The notes: a model not told the origin generated them from the sequence alone. Numbered from the stretch's first letter, positions 1-14,993 are shown. The stretch is 64,000 nt of DNA from Trichosphaerium sp. ATCC 40318 (GCA_038496445.1 JALMLS010000479.1:124001-188000), one strand, 5' to 3'. Numbers and translations: made by a program.

Positions 1-165
1 TAAAATAGTGCGGTTCTTTTTTTATATTTTCGATGCGCTTTATTTGGCTAATTATTTTGTTTTTGTTTTTTTTCGGCTTCCTACACGTTTATTTGATTAA
101 CTAAACACGTGGTGGGAAAGTATTTATTATTATTAATACGTTATTAATAAAGTGGATCTTTGTAG

Positions 166-2139
166 GAAATTTTAAACTACAGACGAAACGGAGTTCCTTT
201 TTGGAACAGGTTGTCCATTTGGGGCGTATGCGCTGACTTGAAGCATCCAACTGAGATAAGTCACTACTTGGCTTGTATGAAAGATGTCACTATCAAAAGA
301 CAGTCTGTAACTATACCTAAACAATGGACATGTGAAGAAGTCGCCATGTGGGCTGGTACACGATACTTGAGACAAACGAGAATCCGAAAAAAAAAGCCTT
401 TAGTTGTCTCTTTTTTTTTTGGTGTTCAGCTATTGTCGTTGACAAACTCTTTCATAGACCGGCATGATTTTCACCACTATTCAAAAAACTTCATAGATCA
501 AAATATAGATGGCGCTGAGCTTTGCAGAATGGGTAATTGATCAATTAAAAACACTTAATTTTTTTTTTGAACATAGAAAAAAATCAAAAACATCTTGTAT
601 TTTACCGCCAAGTCTTAAAAAACGTTTTAGGTATTCCTGAGATACGTAAAAAAATAGGAATGGATAAACTCTCAGCAAAGGACTTACATATGAGCTTAAG
701 GAGGAAAAAGAAACGTGCGGTTAAATTCATTTTTTCAAAAAATCAAAAAAATCAAGTGACAATCTTTTCCCTCATTTCTCTTCTAGGAAAGGCATCATTA
801 CCTTCTACAATGCAACGTATGTTATTATTTGAGGGTTGAAACGGGTTTTTAAAACAAATTTATGTTTGATCAAATGGAGATTGTCACGTGATTCAAAATT
901 TTGTTTTAACCCATTTTTAGAGCGTTTCATTGTGAAGGTTGAATACGGAAAGGATGCAACCATGACAATATTATTTGCATTGGATACAAAGGAAGCACTA
1001 CTCAAACGGTTCGTTTTTTTTAATTTTTTTCGGGATCTAAATATAAAAATAAATAAAAATAAAACCTCTTTTTTTATCAAATCGTCTTCTTATTGCCCTA
1101 GGATACGCGCATCATGGCCAAAACAGATAAAAGCGAGACAAGTCGTTTTATTAGCAGTTGGACCTAACAAAGTGCCTATGGCTATAAATACAACGACAGA
1201 TATCAAGGGAGTAGTGTAAGCTTCATTTTCTTTTTTTTTTTTTGTAAACGAAAAATTTTTCGGTTTTTTTTTTGTGTTGATGCTCGTGAACTGTTATCTC
1301 TTTGAAAACCGCTCACGTGATTATTTAGAGATGAAATTAGAGCAGGAAAGGAATATCACTTTGTATTGACTACAAGCATAATGAAACAGGCTCTCGAGTT
1401 AGGGAAGGACTGTAAGATTGCTATAGCGGTTATTAACTCTAAAAACAAAATAACTTTTGTGAACAAAACGCTGTGCAAATTTTCCGGGTACGTCCGTTCA
1501 TCTCCTTAATTTTTTTTTTGCGCAACAATCAATGTGTACCGAAAAATTCGGAAGACACAACTTTTGACAAATAAAATCTCCTTCACTGGCATGTGTGTTA
1601 TAACCACTCACATTGATATTATCTATCTTTAGGTATGATGAATGTGACTTGATAGGCAAGCATTTTAATATTCTCTCCGACTCCACGTTATCAAAAAATA
1701 TGGAAGAATCAAGTGCGTTTCTCCCTTTTTTTTTGAAATCTTCAGAGACTGCAATGTCTGAAAAAACCTGTCTGCTCTGTGTCCTCTTTTTCCTGTTTTT
1801 TATTCGGTATTACAGAAGAAGAAATTGGTCTCAAAACTGCAAGCGGAGATACGTTACCTAATGTTATAGCAACAACGTCATGGATACCAAGAAGAGAAAT
1901 ATATCTTTGGACAGCAACAATGGCCGAAAAGGCTTCCATCCTCCTAGGGACTTTACACCGGCCTCAAAAACTTAAAACAAATAATGGTAGGCATCCCTGG
2001 AGAAGCTTCTCGATCGTGGGTAGTTCGAGAAGAGGTACGCACGTGACATTTTATATTTTATGACGATATTAATTGTATCTTTGTAGGAGGACAAAAACGA
2101 ACATCAAAAACGAAACAAAAAGCTGTGCAAACTAATTGA
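166..2139 (+). CDS. LOV/PAC-SAM-(PB1-like)-PAS multidomain signalling protein, 5'-truncated by window edge
   Basis: Exon from 166 reads EILNYRRNGVPFWNRLSIWGV...ISHYLACMKDVT (PAC half of a LOV-type PAS). Then SAM (WTCEEVAMW..FHHYSKNFIDQNIDGAELCRM), a PB1-like VKVEYGKD segment and a second PAS (ITFVNKTLCKFSG|YDECDLIGKHFNIL). Multiple GT-AG introns; 3' end approximate. Confidence 0.7.
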
Positions 2140-2862
2140 GACAAATGTCAATCCGCCTGTTGAACTGGAAACGAAGAAAAAAATATCAATATTTCGGAGA
2201 GGATTCGAGTTATTCAAAGCAATAGCACTAGAGATCAAGATAAGGGGGTTTTCTCAAAGTGCAGATTGAGAAGGCTTTATTTTTGGTTTGTTTAGTTTTA
2301 AATTGCTGTTTTTTTAAAAAATGAATCACATACCCACTGTCTACAGTGCTCATTGATAATGCCTATAAACAACGAGAGAACTACCCCAATATGTAATTTT
2401 GATTACCACCGTGTGGAGGATTTCCGATCTTATGACGTTACGTTGAAGAAAACATTGAGGCGAAACCTGCGAAGAAAAAAGAAAAAATATCACATTGGTT
2501 ATAACCATACTTTTTTATGTTACCTCCGATAACATTGACGCCTTTTTGGTTATATTGATCGATTTTCGTTCTTCTTGGTTGGCTTGATATTTTTGTGTAC
2601 TACTTCTTATTCTTATTTTGCCGTGTGTTGACGTTGACTACTTTTGTATGATAATAAAAAACTTGTATACTAAAAAAGAAGCCACCTTTCTTTTAGGTTT
2701 TTTTTTTTGTTGACGTTTCAGCTAGTTTCACGTGAATTTTTTTTTTAGATGACATTCCCCTCTTTATACAAAAAAGATAGGTTGAGGCTATGAAATGGAA
2801 GGGAATAAAAAAATTGTGTCGCAGTTTTATTTTTATTGATATTCTTACAATTTTTGTTTAGC

Positions 2863-3790
2863 CCCTAAGAAGTTTATGAAACATAGATACAGACGCCTAA
2901 CAGAGCATGCCCGATATATAACGCAAGTCCTGGCCCGAAACATATTCAGTTATGGTGATCTACTAAACCGACAATGCTCCGAAAAATGGTTTTATATAGA
3001 GCAAGGAAGGGTCAATTAAGCAACATATGATTTCCAAATAACAGCACTCACCTAAAAAAAGTCATTGTGATTTTTTTCATGAAGTTAGGTCTCTGAAGGT
3101 ATTATACAGACGCTTGTATCGATAGACGTCATCTTTGTTCTTGAAATAGTATTTTTTATTATTCGGCAAGGAAGACTGCGCAGTGACTCTGACTTAGTCT
3201 GTTTTACTGTGCAGTTTTTCGCCAAGGAGAAACCGTATTTGTGACACGTACATTGTCTTGATTTATTCATACAAACACAGCAACACCTCTTCCTAATACA
3301 ATAGAGACATGTCAATTCTTATCACTAGAAACCATCGTAAAGGACTATCTATTCATCAGCTTCTATGTACACCTATTAATCGTTCAACAAAGACAAAACA
3401 GCGGGCAATTGTACAAAAGAAACGTAAGATGAAGACAGCAATGAAACAATATGGTATGTTACTTGTAAACTATCTTTTTTCTTTTATTTTATGCTTTTTT
3501 TATTTTTTATATCGTTTTTCTCTCAAACCATCACGTGATTGGCCTTCTTTCATCATAGATTAGCTAACATAACTTTAGTAATGCGTTTCAGAGCGAAGGG
3601 TCCCATTGAGGAACAGAACGATAGCGATGCCCGACGACTACAAACCCTAAAGTCTTTACAACCAAAAGGCCCATTTCAACTCGATTTTGTGAGCCTAACA
3701 CGAAACTACAGCCCGTATTATTATAAACGCGAACAATACTGCAAAGAAACTTTCATAGTTTTAGAATTTGGGCCTGCGTCAGGCCCTTAA
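2863..3790 (+). CDS. hypothetical spliced gene, model uncertain
   Basis: Exon-like ORF pieces (3309-3454, ~3590-3790) separated by T-rich GT..AG intervals; no recognisable domain. Confidence 0.25.
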
Positions 3791-4676
3791 GACACTTGTA
3801 GTTAACACTAAAAACCCAAAACTGTACAATAAAAGAAGATTTTTGTAATACTAAATCTCATATTTTTTAACTTTAAAAAAAATCAGCTCTCCTACATCTC
3901 CATTGTCATAAAATATTTTTGTTTTGTTTTAGGACAAATAGCCAACGGTTTTTTTTTATATTCAAAATAAACCGCAACTTTAATACGATGACATGATGTG
4001 ATTTTGAGTGAGTGATTAGTTGTTTGTTGCGGAGTAAAGGACATGCATTTTTAGATGATTTTTCAAATTTCTGAAAAAGAGTAAAGAAAGCGACTTTTTA
4101 GGCGCCTATTTTAACCTAACGGTTTTTTATGTGTAAATCAAAATAATAGTATGTTATAAGTCAGATAAAACCGGTTTGAAAAGAAAACAATCACGTGATA
4201 ATAACCCAAAAAAATCTCCGCGTTTTACACCTCCAGCACTGCTCACTGCCGCTAAAAGTAGCGCTAGTAACGTCGAGCAAAATGAAAGAGAACTAGCGCA
4301 ACTTTTCTGAAAAAGGTATACGAATGTAAAGAACAACACAATTGCGCTATGACCCGCAGAAAAGTGCGTAGGTTTAAGTTTTCGTAAACAGATGATCTGA
4401 ACTGCAAAAAAGACTAGGGTTCTTTTGTGACATGTCCTATTGAAATGCACCAACAAATTTCGTATTGAAACCATTTAACTATTTCTTAGTGTGATTTCAT
4501 TGCGTGATTTAGCTTCAACTTTGTTCTTCAACACCACATGGTGACCAATAACCAACAAGCAGTTAGAACGAGTTGTGAAAACTAAGAACAAAACGTCTGT
4601 TGACCTAACCAACACTCTTTTACAACAGAACTATATTCAATCTTTGTAGCATTACTGCACATTATGAGCGGTGCGC

Positions 4677-5600
4677 ATGAAAACTGCGAAGGATATTATG
4701 GGTTTTCCAGGATTATTGACTGAAAAGATTACAAAAAAAAGAAAAAGTTCTCTTGGGACAACTCTCAGCGTATACAAAAACTATACACGTCTTAGTAATC
4801 CTTTATGTCGCAGAGGTTGTCCTTAACATATTGAGGATAAAAAGCGTACAAGAGAACGTAATAAAAACTTGGGTTGCTAATACCAATTGGCCCAATTTTG
4901 TTTGTGTTATGACTTTAGAGAACAACATATTTATCAAACAATATGCAATGACAGTTACCGAGGTGGCTGCAACGCTACAATATGAAGTTAAGCAACGAGA
5001 GAAGTAAAGTAAGCTTGTATGGGTAGCAATGAATAGGCATGCAAAAAAGAATAGAAACGTTTTGTGATGCTGGTCAAGTATTGGTTTTACATCTTCTATC
5101 TTATATTCAACAGGTGGATGCAAAGAGACTAATAGTGAGTAATGTAGGAGGTATTGATTGTCATATTCATTGTACACAGTTTGTTGCTATTGGATCAACG
5201 TATGGCTATTTAAGTAGTATTATTTTTCCTTGGTTGTAGCACGTGCAATTCGATTTTTCTTTTTCTTTTCCTGGTTAACCTTTTTCTTTAGTTGCATTTG
5301 TATGGATAATAGTTGATGGATCGATAACCATTTGCTCGTTTGTATTCCTTTATTGGTATTGTGTCGCAATATTCTTAATTTCAATAATGGGTAGACGCTA
5401 GGGATATCCTTTGCTTGAAGTAAAAGAGGTTTTTAAAATGAACTTTATTTACAAAATAGCAGTAAAGGATTAGGTTAACACGCTTTCCTTTACACTCGGT
5501 GTTGGATTGAACATGGCTAGGGTACACCGACCACATATTGGTAATAAAGAATGGTCGTAGTCAAGTTAGTGTCATACTTGTTTCGGCATTATCGTGTCAT
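4677..5600 (+). CDS. hypothetical membrane protein, model uncertain
   Basis: Exon-like ORFs with hydrophobic segments (LYVAEVVLNIL; FVFLYWYCVAIFLISI) between intron-like gaps. Confidence 0.3.
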
Positions 5601-6007
5601 CAATTCTACTTTCGAAGAAATGAAATCGCGAAATGACTGAAGTTGCTGATGGATACAAATCAATAAATTCAATCTTTTTACCCGAAAGGTGGCAGTTTTG
5701 TAGTGAAACGTCAGTTGATTACCTTTGTGATATTAGTTGTCTTCTGAACTTCTGAACAAAAGCGAGAATGTACTATTATGGAAGTCAAAATAATTATTTC
5801 CAGTTGTGGGGTAGATATATTGCAAAAAAATGTACGCCCAGAGCACCTTTTGTATCTAGTACGGTATGTGTAGCCATCTTGCCCATTGTTGAATTTACTA
5901 GTTGCGAGATACCCAAAAAGGAGGGGTTAGGTTAACATTCTTGTAATTAACGTAACCAGCAATTACTTGAACTGTCATTAAATTATTATTTTCTTCACCA
6001 CAAAGCA

Positions 6008-7114
6008 ATGCCACCTAAACGTGTTATACGTATAAAACGCAAGCGAAAGGCCACCACAAAGGGTATGCCACCTGCAAAAGTGGCAAAGCTTTCCAAACTG
6101 TCTACCGCCAAATTAAAAAAGATGAGCGACGCTGCGCTACAGGATGTCCTTAGTGGTACCAACGCGACGAAAGAGGCTTTGATACCACTTTCAGATCGAA
6201 TTGCGCGCATTTACGCTAAAAAGCTTTCTGAGAACCTCTTCAACCTCACGGTGCCTAATGCATCACTGGGACCACTACAGGACGATGCTGGCGTTAAAAG
6301 CGCTGTGTTAAATCATCTTCAGTTGGAAATAAAGAGCATGTCAAAGACGGAAACATTTCGAAAGGAGTTTGGTGATTGGATGGACAAGATGAAGCATGCG
6401 CTGTCTAGTGGAGAAAAAGAAGAAGCTTCGAATGAGTATACTATACTCTATCCAGACTCTGCGTGCGAAAACGAAGAGCAAATAGAACAACTGGAGGCAG
6501 TTGGTAGATGTATCAAGATTATTGACAAAGGCACGTGATACAAAATCGCCTTTTGTCAATAAGATTTTTTTGTTTTCTGTTTTTTTATTCTACTGCCGTC
6601 TTACATCCACCTAGTTTCTACGAGTTCTGATGCTGGAAGAGACTCCACCCATAAGATTACGGGGTTAGCAAAATTTGAGAGTGAAGAGGGATGCATATGT
6701 CTTGGGTTTTGTTACCTTTCTTTTTCTCCAAATCACGGTGAAGGCAGCACTTCGATTGCTTTGATCCAATACAATGATCCAGATGACGCTTGTGTTGGCG
6801 ATTTTGATTCTTATGACAACATATGTGACCACTTTGGTTGTGACTTCGCAGAGATTGTGTTCTATCTTCGTCATGACTTGAGAAATTATGGGTCATCGGA
6901 CAAATGGGAAGAACCTTTAAAGGCGTTACAATCTCGTGTTTTCTCTTTGATTAAAGGAAGCTTAACCAAAAAGAATGCCAAGATGGCTTTTAATGAGAAG
7001 CAATTTATGATTTTATTGTACATGATCTTTTCTGGCAAAAATACTGGCTTCTCGGAATTACTTAAAACGCATTTTTTGAGTTACTTTGAAGATGGTAATT
7101 GTATTGAAATTTAA
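6008..7114 (+). CDS. hypothetical protein with basic N-terminus (2 exons)
   Basis: ORFs 6008-6538 and 6761-7114 join in frame through a GC-AG intron 6531-6614; K/R-rich NLS-like start. Confidence 0.65.
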
Positions 7115-7497
7115 TAAATAAATTTGGTTTTTGTCAATCACATTGCACTTGTATCATTGCACTAACAACATCATCTTTATTTGAAACTATGAATTTTGAT
7201 ACCGAACTTATCTGCAGTAAATACATTACACTACAGCAAACTCTGACCTAAGGGTAAGCATTTGTGGTATTCCAGTTTTTTCGCTTTTCCTTTTTTTAAA
7301 GTTTTTTTGCTGTGCATCTTGTACTTCTGGATTGTACTCTTTAACGTACTATGCGATGTAGCGGTAGGCCATAAGAAAGGTTTTTTTTATAAACGCAAAG
7401 GTTGTGTTGGACTATTAATAAATGAGCTGTGTGGAACTAACTAATAAGCGAAAGCTCAGCTTTATTATCAGACTATTATTTTATGATAGAGTAACCT

Positions 7498-9647
7498 TTA
7501 TGATGGATTTTTATACGCTGGCACTGCTACAACTACAATCGAAATGATTATAGTAGTCATAACCAAGAGCCATGTTATGTAGCTATTCACTATACAATAG
7601 ACTATCAGAGAAAACAACCTACTCAGAAGAAAAACGATGATTATTACCTATTGCCATCCAAGATCCTAAATCACGTGATCCAAGTTTCCAGTGTGGCACA
7701 GCCACGAATAGAGGGCGATCTAATTACAAGTTTGTTGAAAGCAAAGAGTTTGTAGGAGGGTACCTATTTCATCACCTAAGCTTCCATCTTGCTCAGCCTG
7801 TCTAACCATTTTCCTGGCGATCATGTAAAGTATAAACGGGATTACAAAATTAATCCAGCCATTCACAATCAAGCTTTAAAACACTTGTTAACGTTGGGTG
7901 AAACAAGAATTTAATGTGGGATTGTTTGTTGTACCTTGTCCAGTTTAACACATCACCTAATCCGTTTCCTGTACAAAAAGGAATAGACACAAGCCACGGG
8001 AATATGACTCCCCAAAAATTAGCCCATGCTACAACGCTTTAGGTTAAACTAGTCTTGTAACAACTGAAGCATACCTTTTCCGCATACGTTGTTTTCAATG
8101 AGATTATATCTCACAATGATAGAAAATACAGGTATCCCTGAAAGGAGTACAACAATTGGGAAGAAATAAACGCAAATCTTGGCTATTATGTGCAATGCAC
8201 CATGTGGACTAAAACCCCATGTGTTAGTCTATTAAACGATATAAAACTATCATACAAAGCAGCGTTTGTAACGCTTAGAATATCATCATTTCCTGAGTAA
8301 GTGAATGCCCACCCACCTAATGACATTGTTACAAATTCAAAGTTGAGACCAAGCAAGTACCCATGAATCCCTACTTATTATAAGAAAGAAATAAGAAAAC
8401 TTTGGCAAGAAGAAAAGACGTCTTACTAGTATCAAGAACATTATGGTTGATACAACATTCGACCACCATACGGACTTGTTCACAGATACTTTTTCTTCTT
8501 TTTCATTTGCCCATGAAGGAACTGAGACAACAAAGGCGCTTACGAACAATAGGTGAGTATGGTAAATGACAACAAAGGCAGTGAATGAATGGCATACTAG
8601 TTGAATATGATATTACCCAATACTTGCGTTTGATTTTTACCATATACTGGAACCCTTTCAAAATGTACACCATCTCGGTGAAATATTATACCAAAATTAA
8701 CTAGCCACTCAAGCATTATGACAATCAAGAACAAAAAAGCACCTTAAAAAACAAACAAGTTGTTAAACAAAGCACGTGTACATTAACTAGCATACCAACT
8801 TGTACATAAATGTTGTCATCCAAGTTGAAGTATCCCATTGGAATAGTCGCAACTACACGTGGCTTATGTTAAAAAAAGAACTCGCAGAAGATCGTACTGA
8901 GGACTATAACGAAGCCAATGGAAAGAACATAAGATCCGTTCGGAAATGGAGAATCAGAAGTGGGTGTGCCAGAAACGTGAGCCCATCCTGGATGTGGGTA
9001 AGCTTCTAGAGCGCCAGTGTAGTTAAACACCTCAAGGAGAGCGTAATCCATAGTCTGAAACATATTTAGGAAGAAATATTGTAACCACAAACGTACTTGA
9101 GCAGATTCTATTATGGACGCTATGTTTATCGCTTGCAGAGCGACAACAAATAGAACAAACGTTAACCAAAAAGCCCAACGAGGAAATAACTTCTTTGCGA
9201 GGGTACACAGCTCGATACGCCCCTGAAAGTGTCGCCACAACGTTAAAATCGCTTGCTTTTGCTATGAACGTGCCTGAAACCTGTCATTGCCAGGTATACA
9301 AGCCATGGTCTCACAAAGCGCTGTTGACGCGAGAGAGCTTATGTACATAAACAACAACATCAGGAAAGTAGGTATGAGCCACCCAGACTGTTGAAAAACA
9401 ACAGGAATAGTCACCATTGCTAAAACGTGTCATTTATATTGTCACGTGTTCGTAAACGGTTTTTTTTACCAGGGCCTGTTATATTATTTACCAGGAGAGC
9501 GAAACCGCCAAAGAAAGAAATTTTCTTTTCTCCAAAGCTGCCATTAGGCTCTGCGTTTGATTTCCCGGTATGTATAAGCTCATCGTTTATGCCAAAATGT
9601 TCTGTAAGACTTTTCTCTTGTGCCTTCCCTTTACAGCAAGACAACAT
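7498..9647 (-). CDS. amino acid transporter (Aa_trans/AAAP family)
   Basis: KKISFFGGFALLVNNITGPG|MVTIPVVFQQSGW, IPGNDRFQ|GRIE, FVSAFVVSVPSWANEK; many TM segments over multiple exons. Confidence 0.85.
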
Positions 9648-9835
9648 GTTGCTGCCTAATCAAAAAAAAAAGCGAATGACATTTCTGGACGAAATCGAAC
9701 ATTTGCCGAAAACCAATGTCTTTCACAATATCACCTGAAATAGAAATGTTGCCTCTTGAACAAATTAACAAACAACAGGCATACTTCTAGTATTCAAAGA
9801 CGTTTAAGCTTTATTAAGATTACAAGAACAATAGT

Positions 9836-11782
9836 CTAACTAGTAGTCGCCTTGAGAACATCAGGGTTAGTGAGTGATCTCATTTCAAGAACGTCCTCTG
9901 AGGTTGTATGAGGCTGTGTAGTTTTGCGACTTCGCTTGTACAATAATAAAATTGCAAGTGCGACAACAGCAACAATTACGATACCTATTATACCAAACAG
10001 GACAACCCACCACCGCTGTTCTGTATCTGTACGCTTCTTCTCATCACTGATCTTATTTGGAAACACCTCACAGGATGTCCAATCAAACCCATACAATGTC
10101 TTTGTAGCTCCCTATAAATTCATGTTAAGCCATCCTCAACCCGCTTCGTTAGTAATATCGTACACGGATAGTATCAGAAGTAAACTTGACTTGACATATA
10201 TCTCTGGCTATCCACTGAGCGCTCCTCTCTACAATGATTGTAAGAGCATTAAAAAAACACGTGTTTCACTGCACCTCGAAGAGTTCCCTGAGTGACAATG
10301 CCTTCAATCTCTATATAAGCACGCCTCTTTACAGACATTGTAGGAAACCTCAATTGAAGGCGGTTCGATGCAACACCGATCTAGATGGGTGGTTAGCACC
10401 AATACAATTTTGCAGCACGTGCTTGGCTAGTAAGATAATCCACAAATTTATTTTCGACTGTAGCTTCAATATCACTTGGAAAGGGCTTCTCCAGGCTGAT
10501 CAAAAATTTTATGATAGTTTGAACGCCACACTGCCTCGTGCTCTTGGAGAGGGTGACTTGGCTTGATCCAAGATGCCATGTGTATGGCAGAGCATTCGTG
10601 GACATCTCTTCTAGTTCCAAAAAAGCGTGTCTACCAGGATGGATGATGTCACCAATACTAAAAGTAGCTGATTGAACCTCTTGCAGATGACAACTTTTTT
10701 TGCCAGCATAATTGTAGCCCAAAAATGCCTTTAAAACGGTTACAAACCAATTAAAAACACGAAACTTACTCTTGTTACTGATTGGCTACCAGCATCTTCA
10801 ATACACTCCACAATTGGTGTCAAAGATTGTGTGTCACATGCAGGAAGTACCTAGGGTGTGAATTAGAAAATATACATGTAAGTGGACTCATACAAATCCA
10901 TGTGGTGCTTGATCAACAGGCTGGCAATCCACTTTAAACTTTAACTTACTAAATCTAATCAACTTGTGCTTTGACAATTTCTAACTTACTTGTCTTCTCT
11001 GCTAACACAAGTCGAATCATCTTTTGTATTCGCGTATTCTACAGTGCAAATACGCAATCCACCGCTTCCTGAAATTTCTGGATGACCACTGTCATCCTCT
11101 GTGTCCAGATTGTAAGAAAAAAACCAGATAACAATGACCACTTACCAAAAACCAAACTGAGTGTTGCGTTCTCATAGGATAATAGCTCCGTTGTTGTGCC
11201 AATTTCAGGTGAATGACACATACCGTGTCGAATATACCCAGTGGCTGTTACGTTGGTATTAAGCAAGTGTTGACCTTGATTCAGCAATGAGATATTGCTG
11301 TAACTCATGCTGAAGCAATAATATCTTAATGCATCACTGCTAGTTGCATCGTATCCGAGCACTATCTTAACAGTGCCACCTATCTTGACCGTATTAGAGT
11401 TCGGGTCATAACTTAGCGCAACGCTCGCGCTGTCAGCTTCGAAATCGAATGCTACACTTCCTCCTGTCGCTGGGAATTGGGAGTAATCGTGTAGAAACAG
11501 ACCTATTTCAGTTTGTTTAGTTTTTTCGCGATTTAATGCCCGAAACTACAAACAAACGCACCATATTCTATTTCACCGCTTGTGTCACTTATATCGATGG
11601 CTCCATCGTTTAATAGTCCAAACGACACTGTTTTTGAAGTATTTTCGAGTATTGAGCGTGTACACGCAACCTCAGCGCGTATTAAACCACCTAAGCGTTA
11701 TTTTGTAAATAATTATTGCAAAAAACAGTTAACACTTACTCAAAACACAGAAAACTACAAAAACTACTGTAGAATGGTGCAT
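9836..11782 (-). CDS. type I single-pass membrane protein
   Basis: Signal-like N-terminus (MHHSTVVFVVFCVL), Cys/N-glycosylation-rich ectodomain, C-terminal TM WWVVLFGIIGIVIVAVVALAILLLY followed by KRSRK stop-transfer. Confidence 0.65.
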
Positions 11783-13202
11783 TTGTATTGTTGATTACGC
11801 TTTTATTGCGTTTAAAATATACACAAACTGGTTTTAGACAGTCAAAAACTTGCTATTTTTTAATTGGCTTCTTTGGGTGCAAAATTCTATTTGCGACTAG
11901 ATTCATTGTTTGGTTTTAACCTTGATATATTTAACGCACTAATGGTAAGTGTGAGGAAAACAATCAGGTGAATACCAACAAAATTGCAATTGTTCATTTG
12001 CCAACTGCTATTTTGAGGTCTATGTGTCAGTGTTGGTTCTAAACTCAGCGCACCATGCGATGATCCAACAAACAAAGAATTTCCTTTCTGCAACCTTGAG
12101 TTATCGTTCAGGGATCGCGTAAAAGATCTTGTCTCGAGGTACGCCATGCTCACGCTGCGACAACTTTTCATCAAACGCATAACATTGCACTCTTTGCACA
12201 CGCTGCTTCTGGAGTTCAAAGTCTTAAGATTCCATCGTATCAATGGTGGAATGAAGCTTTACATGGTGTAGCACGTGAGTGAGGAGAATTTTAGTATTTA
12301 TTTACTATTGATGTGCGCCCAAGTACCGACCACGTTGTTAGGATAATACAAAGAATTCCAAAGTCTCCGAGTGCTAGATGCAGAATGCCAGCAAATACTT
12401 GCGCATAGCCAAAATGCCAGCATGTGAAAAGTACAAGTATTTCAGATAGGAGCAACTTACAGCCTTGTTCAGTAGAGACATTTATATCAATACTGAAGTA
12501 TTGACAATATGAATACACCGCAAGCAGTGACTTTATGCAATGATTACAAATCCCTCGGCATGCTCGTGGACAATCTCGCAGGTTCAGGAAGCGCGTGAGC
12601 TCTACGTTGTAACCTCTAAACCTATGCTTCAGACGATTATTGTGGCGTCATCTTTGCTTCCGGTTATCATTTTTGTTGCGTTCTTAGTTCAACTGATACG
12701 TACATCGGAGAAACTTTAATCAACGAACGTGGTGCGAACGCTAACGCACTGCTTCGTTTCAAAATGGTTCGACGAAACGTGAAAAACGTAAAAGCACGTT
12801 TGCAAAGGTATCTAACGAGGTTTGAGTATAAGTAACAGCGTCATGATATAGCCATTTGTACTTTTTTTCCAATACTCCCCAACTATTGACTCACACCTCT
12901 CCTTGTAAGTTCGCGAACATTTTGATGAACAAGGATTAATACTGGCTGGTATTATTAGTACTTTGATTGCAAATACAATTGGAACTAGCGCTACCCTTCA
13001 ATAATCGATTAAAACATGCCAACATAACATGACGCTAGCAATGATTTCATAAAAACGTGGAGTAATACATGCCAAAAGGCGTAAAAGGAAAGAGAATTAA
13101 AAAAAAGGGGTTGACCGGTTTTTTGATGTCGAGCCTTGCACGTCAAAAAAAATGAAATTTCTTGTGTTACAAACCTTCAGAGTGCCACTACACCTTCGCA
13201 GT

Positions 13203-14516
13203 ATGACAGCTTCTCCTAAAAACGCAAAGAAATCGCTGATTCAGCTTAAAAAGAGGATTGATAACGCCAAAGAACCGTTTTGTACAGTAGATAATTGCGA
13301 AGCGCAGGATGCCCACTTCCTACGTTTCCTGAGACAGAAATCATACGATTACAAGGCAGCTTACAAAAAATTGGAGCGATACCACAAGTGGGTAGACAGT
13401 GGTGTATTAGATAAGCTCACAGTGGAGGAGCTAGAGCCACAGCTAAAAACACAAAAGCTCCAGTTGATGGGAAAAGATTTGGAGGTATTCCTCTTTTTTT
13501 TTTGTGAATAGACGCTAAACGACCACTGGTCAGGTCGTTTGGCGTTGTTTTTAATATTTCTTAACAACGTTTTCACTTTTTCGCCTTTCGCTCTAAATTT
13601 ATTTGTTTTGTCACTAAACCTCTCTAGGGTAGACCAATCTTACTTATTCGCTCCGCTTTACATCTCCCAGGGGAGTTTTCAACAGAGTCCACAATGCTCC
13701 TTATGGTAGCAACCATTTTTACAATGATAGCTCAAATGGACGATGACGTAGAACAAGCGCTGATCGTATGGGATTTGAAAGGGTAAGCAAACTTTTTTAT
13801 ACCCAGTGTCACATGACATTGTTACGAGTTAGCTTTTTTTTTGTTTTTCCACACTTTGATCCAGAAAAATTACTCCGTTATTCTTCTCCGACTCATGTAT
13901 TTTCTAAGATGGTCTCTAAAGAACCGTGACCCTGATCTTGTGAAGGCTGGTTCAGAACTCATTTCACAATATTTTCCACAACGTATTTACAAGGTTCTTA
14001 TTGTTAATGCACCGTTTATTGTTTGTGGTTTGTGGCGAGGTATGTAGAAAGTTGTTTTGTTAACAAAATAAAAAACAAAAAAAAAATCACAAAAAACATT
14101 TCGGAAAAATATTTATTGACACTTTCCATCTTTAGCGCTCAAACCTATGCTCCCGACTAGATACACATGTTTAGTATCTTTTCTTGCAAAACCAAAGGAG
14201 ATAAGAAAATACGTAGCTGAAAAAGAGTGCCCAAAACAATACGGTACGAATTCGTCCCAAACAGAAAAGATCTTCTTTTTTGAATTATTTTTCCTTTTCT
14301 GACTTATTCTTCTCAGGCGGTAAACTCGTTCTTGATGAGACTGACTGGATGAACGCAACGATCAAAGCAGTGACGAGCCACAAGGAGCCAATGCCACACT
14401 TGTACAATTTTTGCAAATTTTTTAAAGGTGACACTGTTTCTCCAGAAGAACTTGAAAAGCTTGATAATCTCGCTGACGAACCATCAAAAGTATTTGACGC
14501 TGTTTTTGACGAATAA
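13203..14516 (+). CDS. CRAL-TRIO / Sec14-like lipid-binding protein
   Basis: DAHFLRFLRQKSYD, GKDLE|GRPILLIR, IVWDLKG|WSLKN, YFPQRIYKVLIVNAP, PKQYG|GKL. Confidence 0.9.
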
Positions 14517-14993
14517 CTCTGGCCAAACCAGTATAACATTGTATTATAACCAACTCACAATCCTGACACCCTTCAACAATTGCGAAAAAGTGGATGAGCG
14601 AGCAAATGATTTCAAAAAGGGGTAAAACTTTTTGTACAGCCTCATATTGCGTACCTCACACACGTCACACTCAAAAAAAGAGCGTCCAGTGTGATCACAG
14701 TCGCTTGTCGTAGAAGAATAAAATGTACTTTAGCTTGCACTCAATTTGTACATGTTTATCTGAGCTCTCTTTGTACTTTTTGGAACTATCTCTCTTTTTT
14801 TTAGCCGATCGAAACTTCAACGGCTAAAGGCGTTAAACGTCCTACTCCAACTACCTCGTTAGGTGTTTGTTTTCTCCTTATGTTAATATTAGTCAATCAC
14901 GTTATGTTTTCAATCAGCGGCGATCCATCAAAAGTTACCGTAACACTTTTTGGTGAACGCACCTCTTGACAGTTTTCGTTATCATCATAAGCC

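Noticed and set aside
11887-12518. Minus-strand ORFs between the membrane protein and Sec14 genes
   Set aside because: No recognisable motif and no convincing spliced model.
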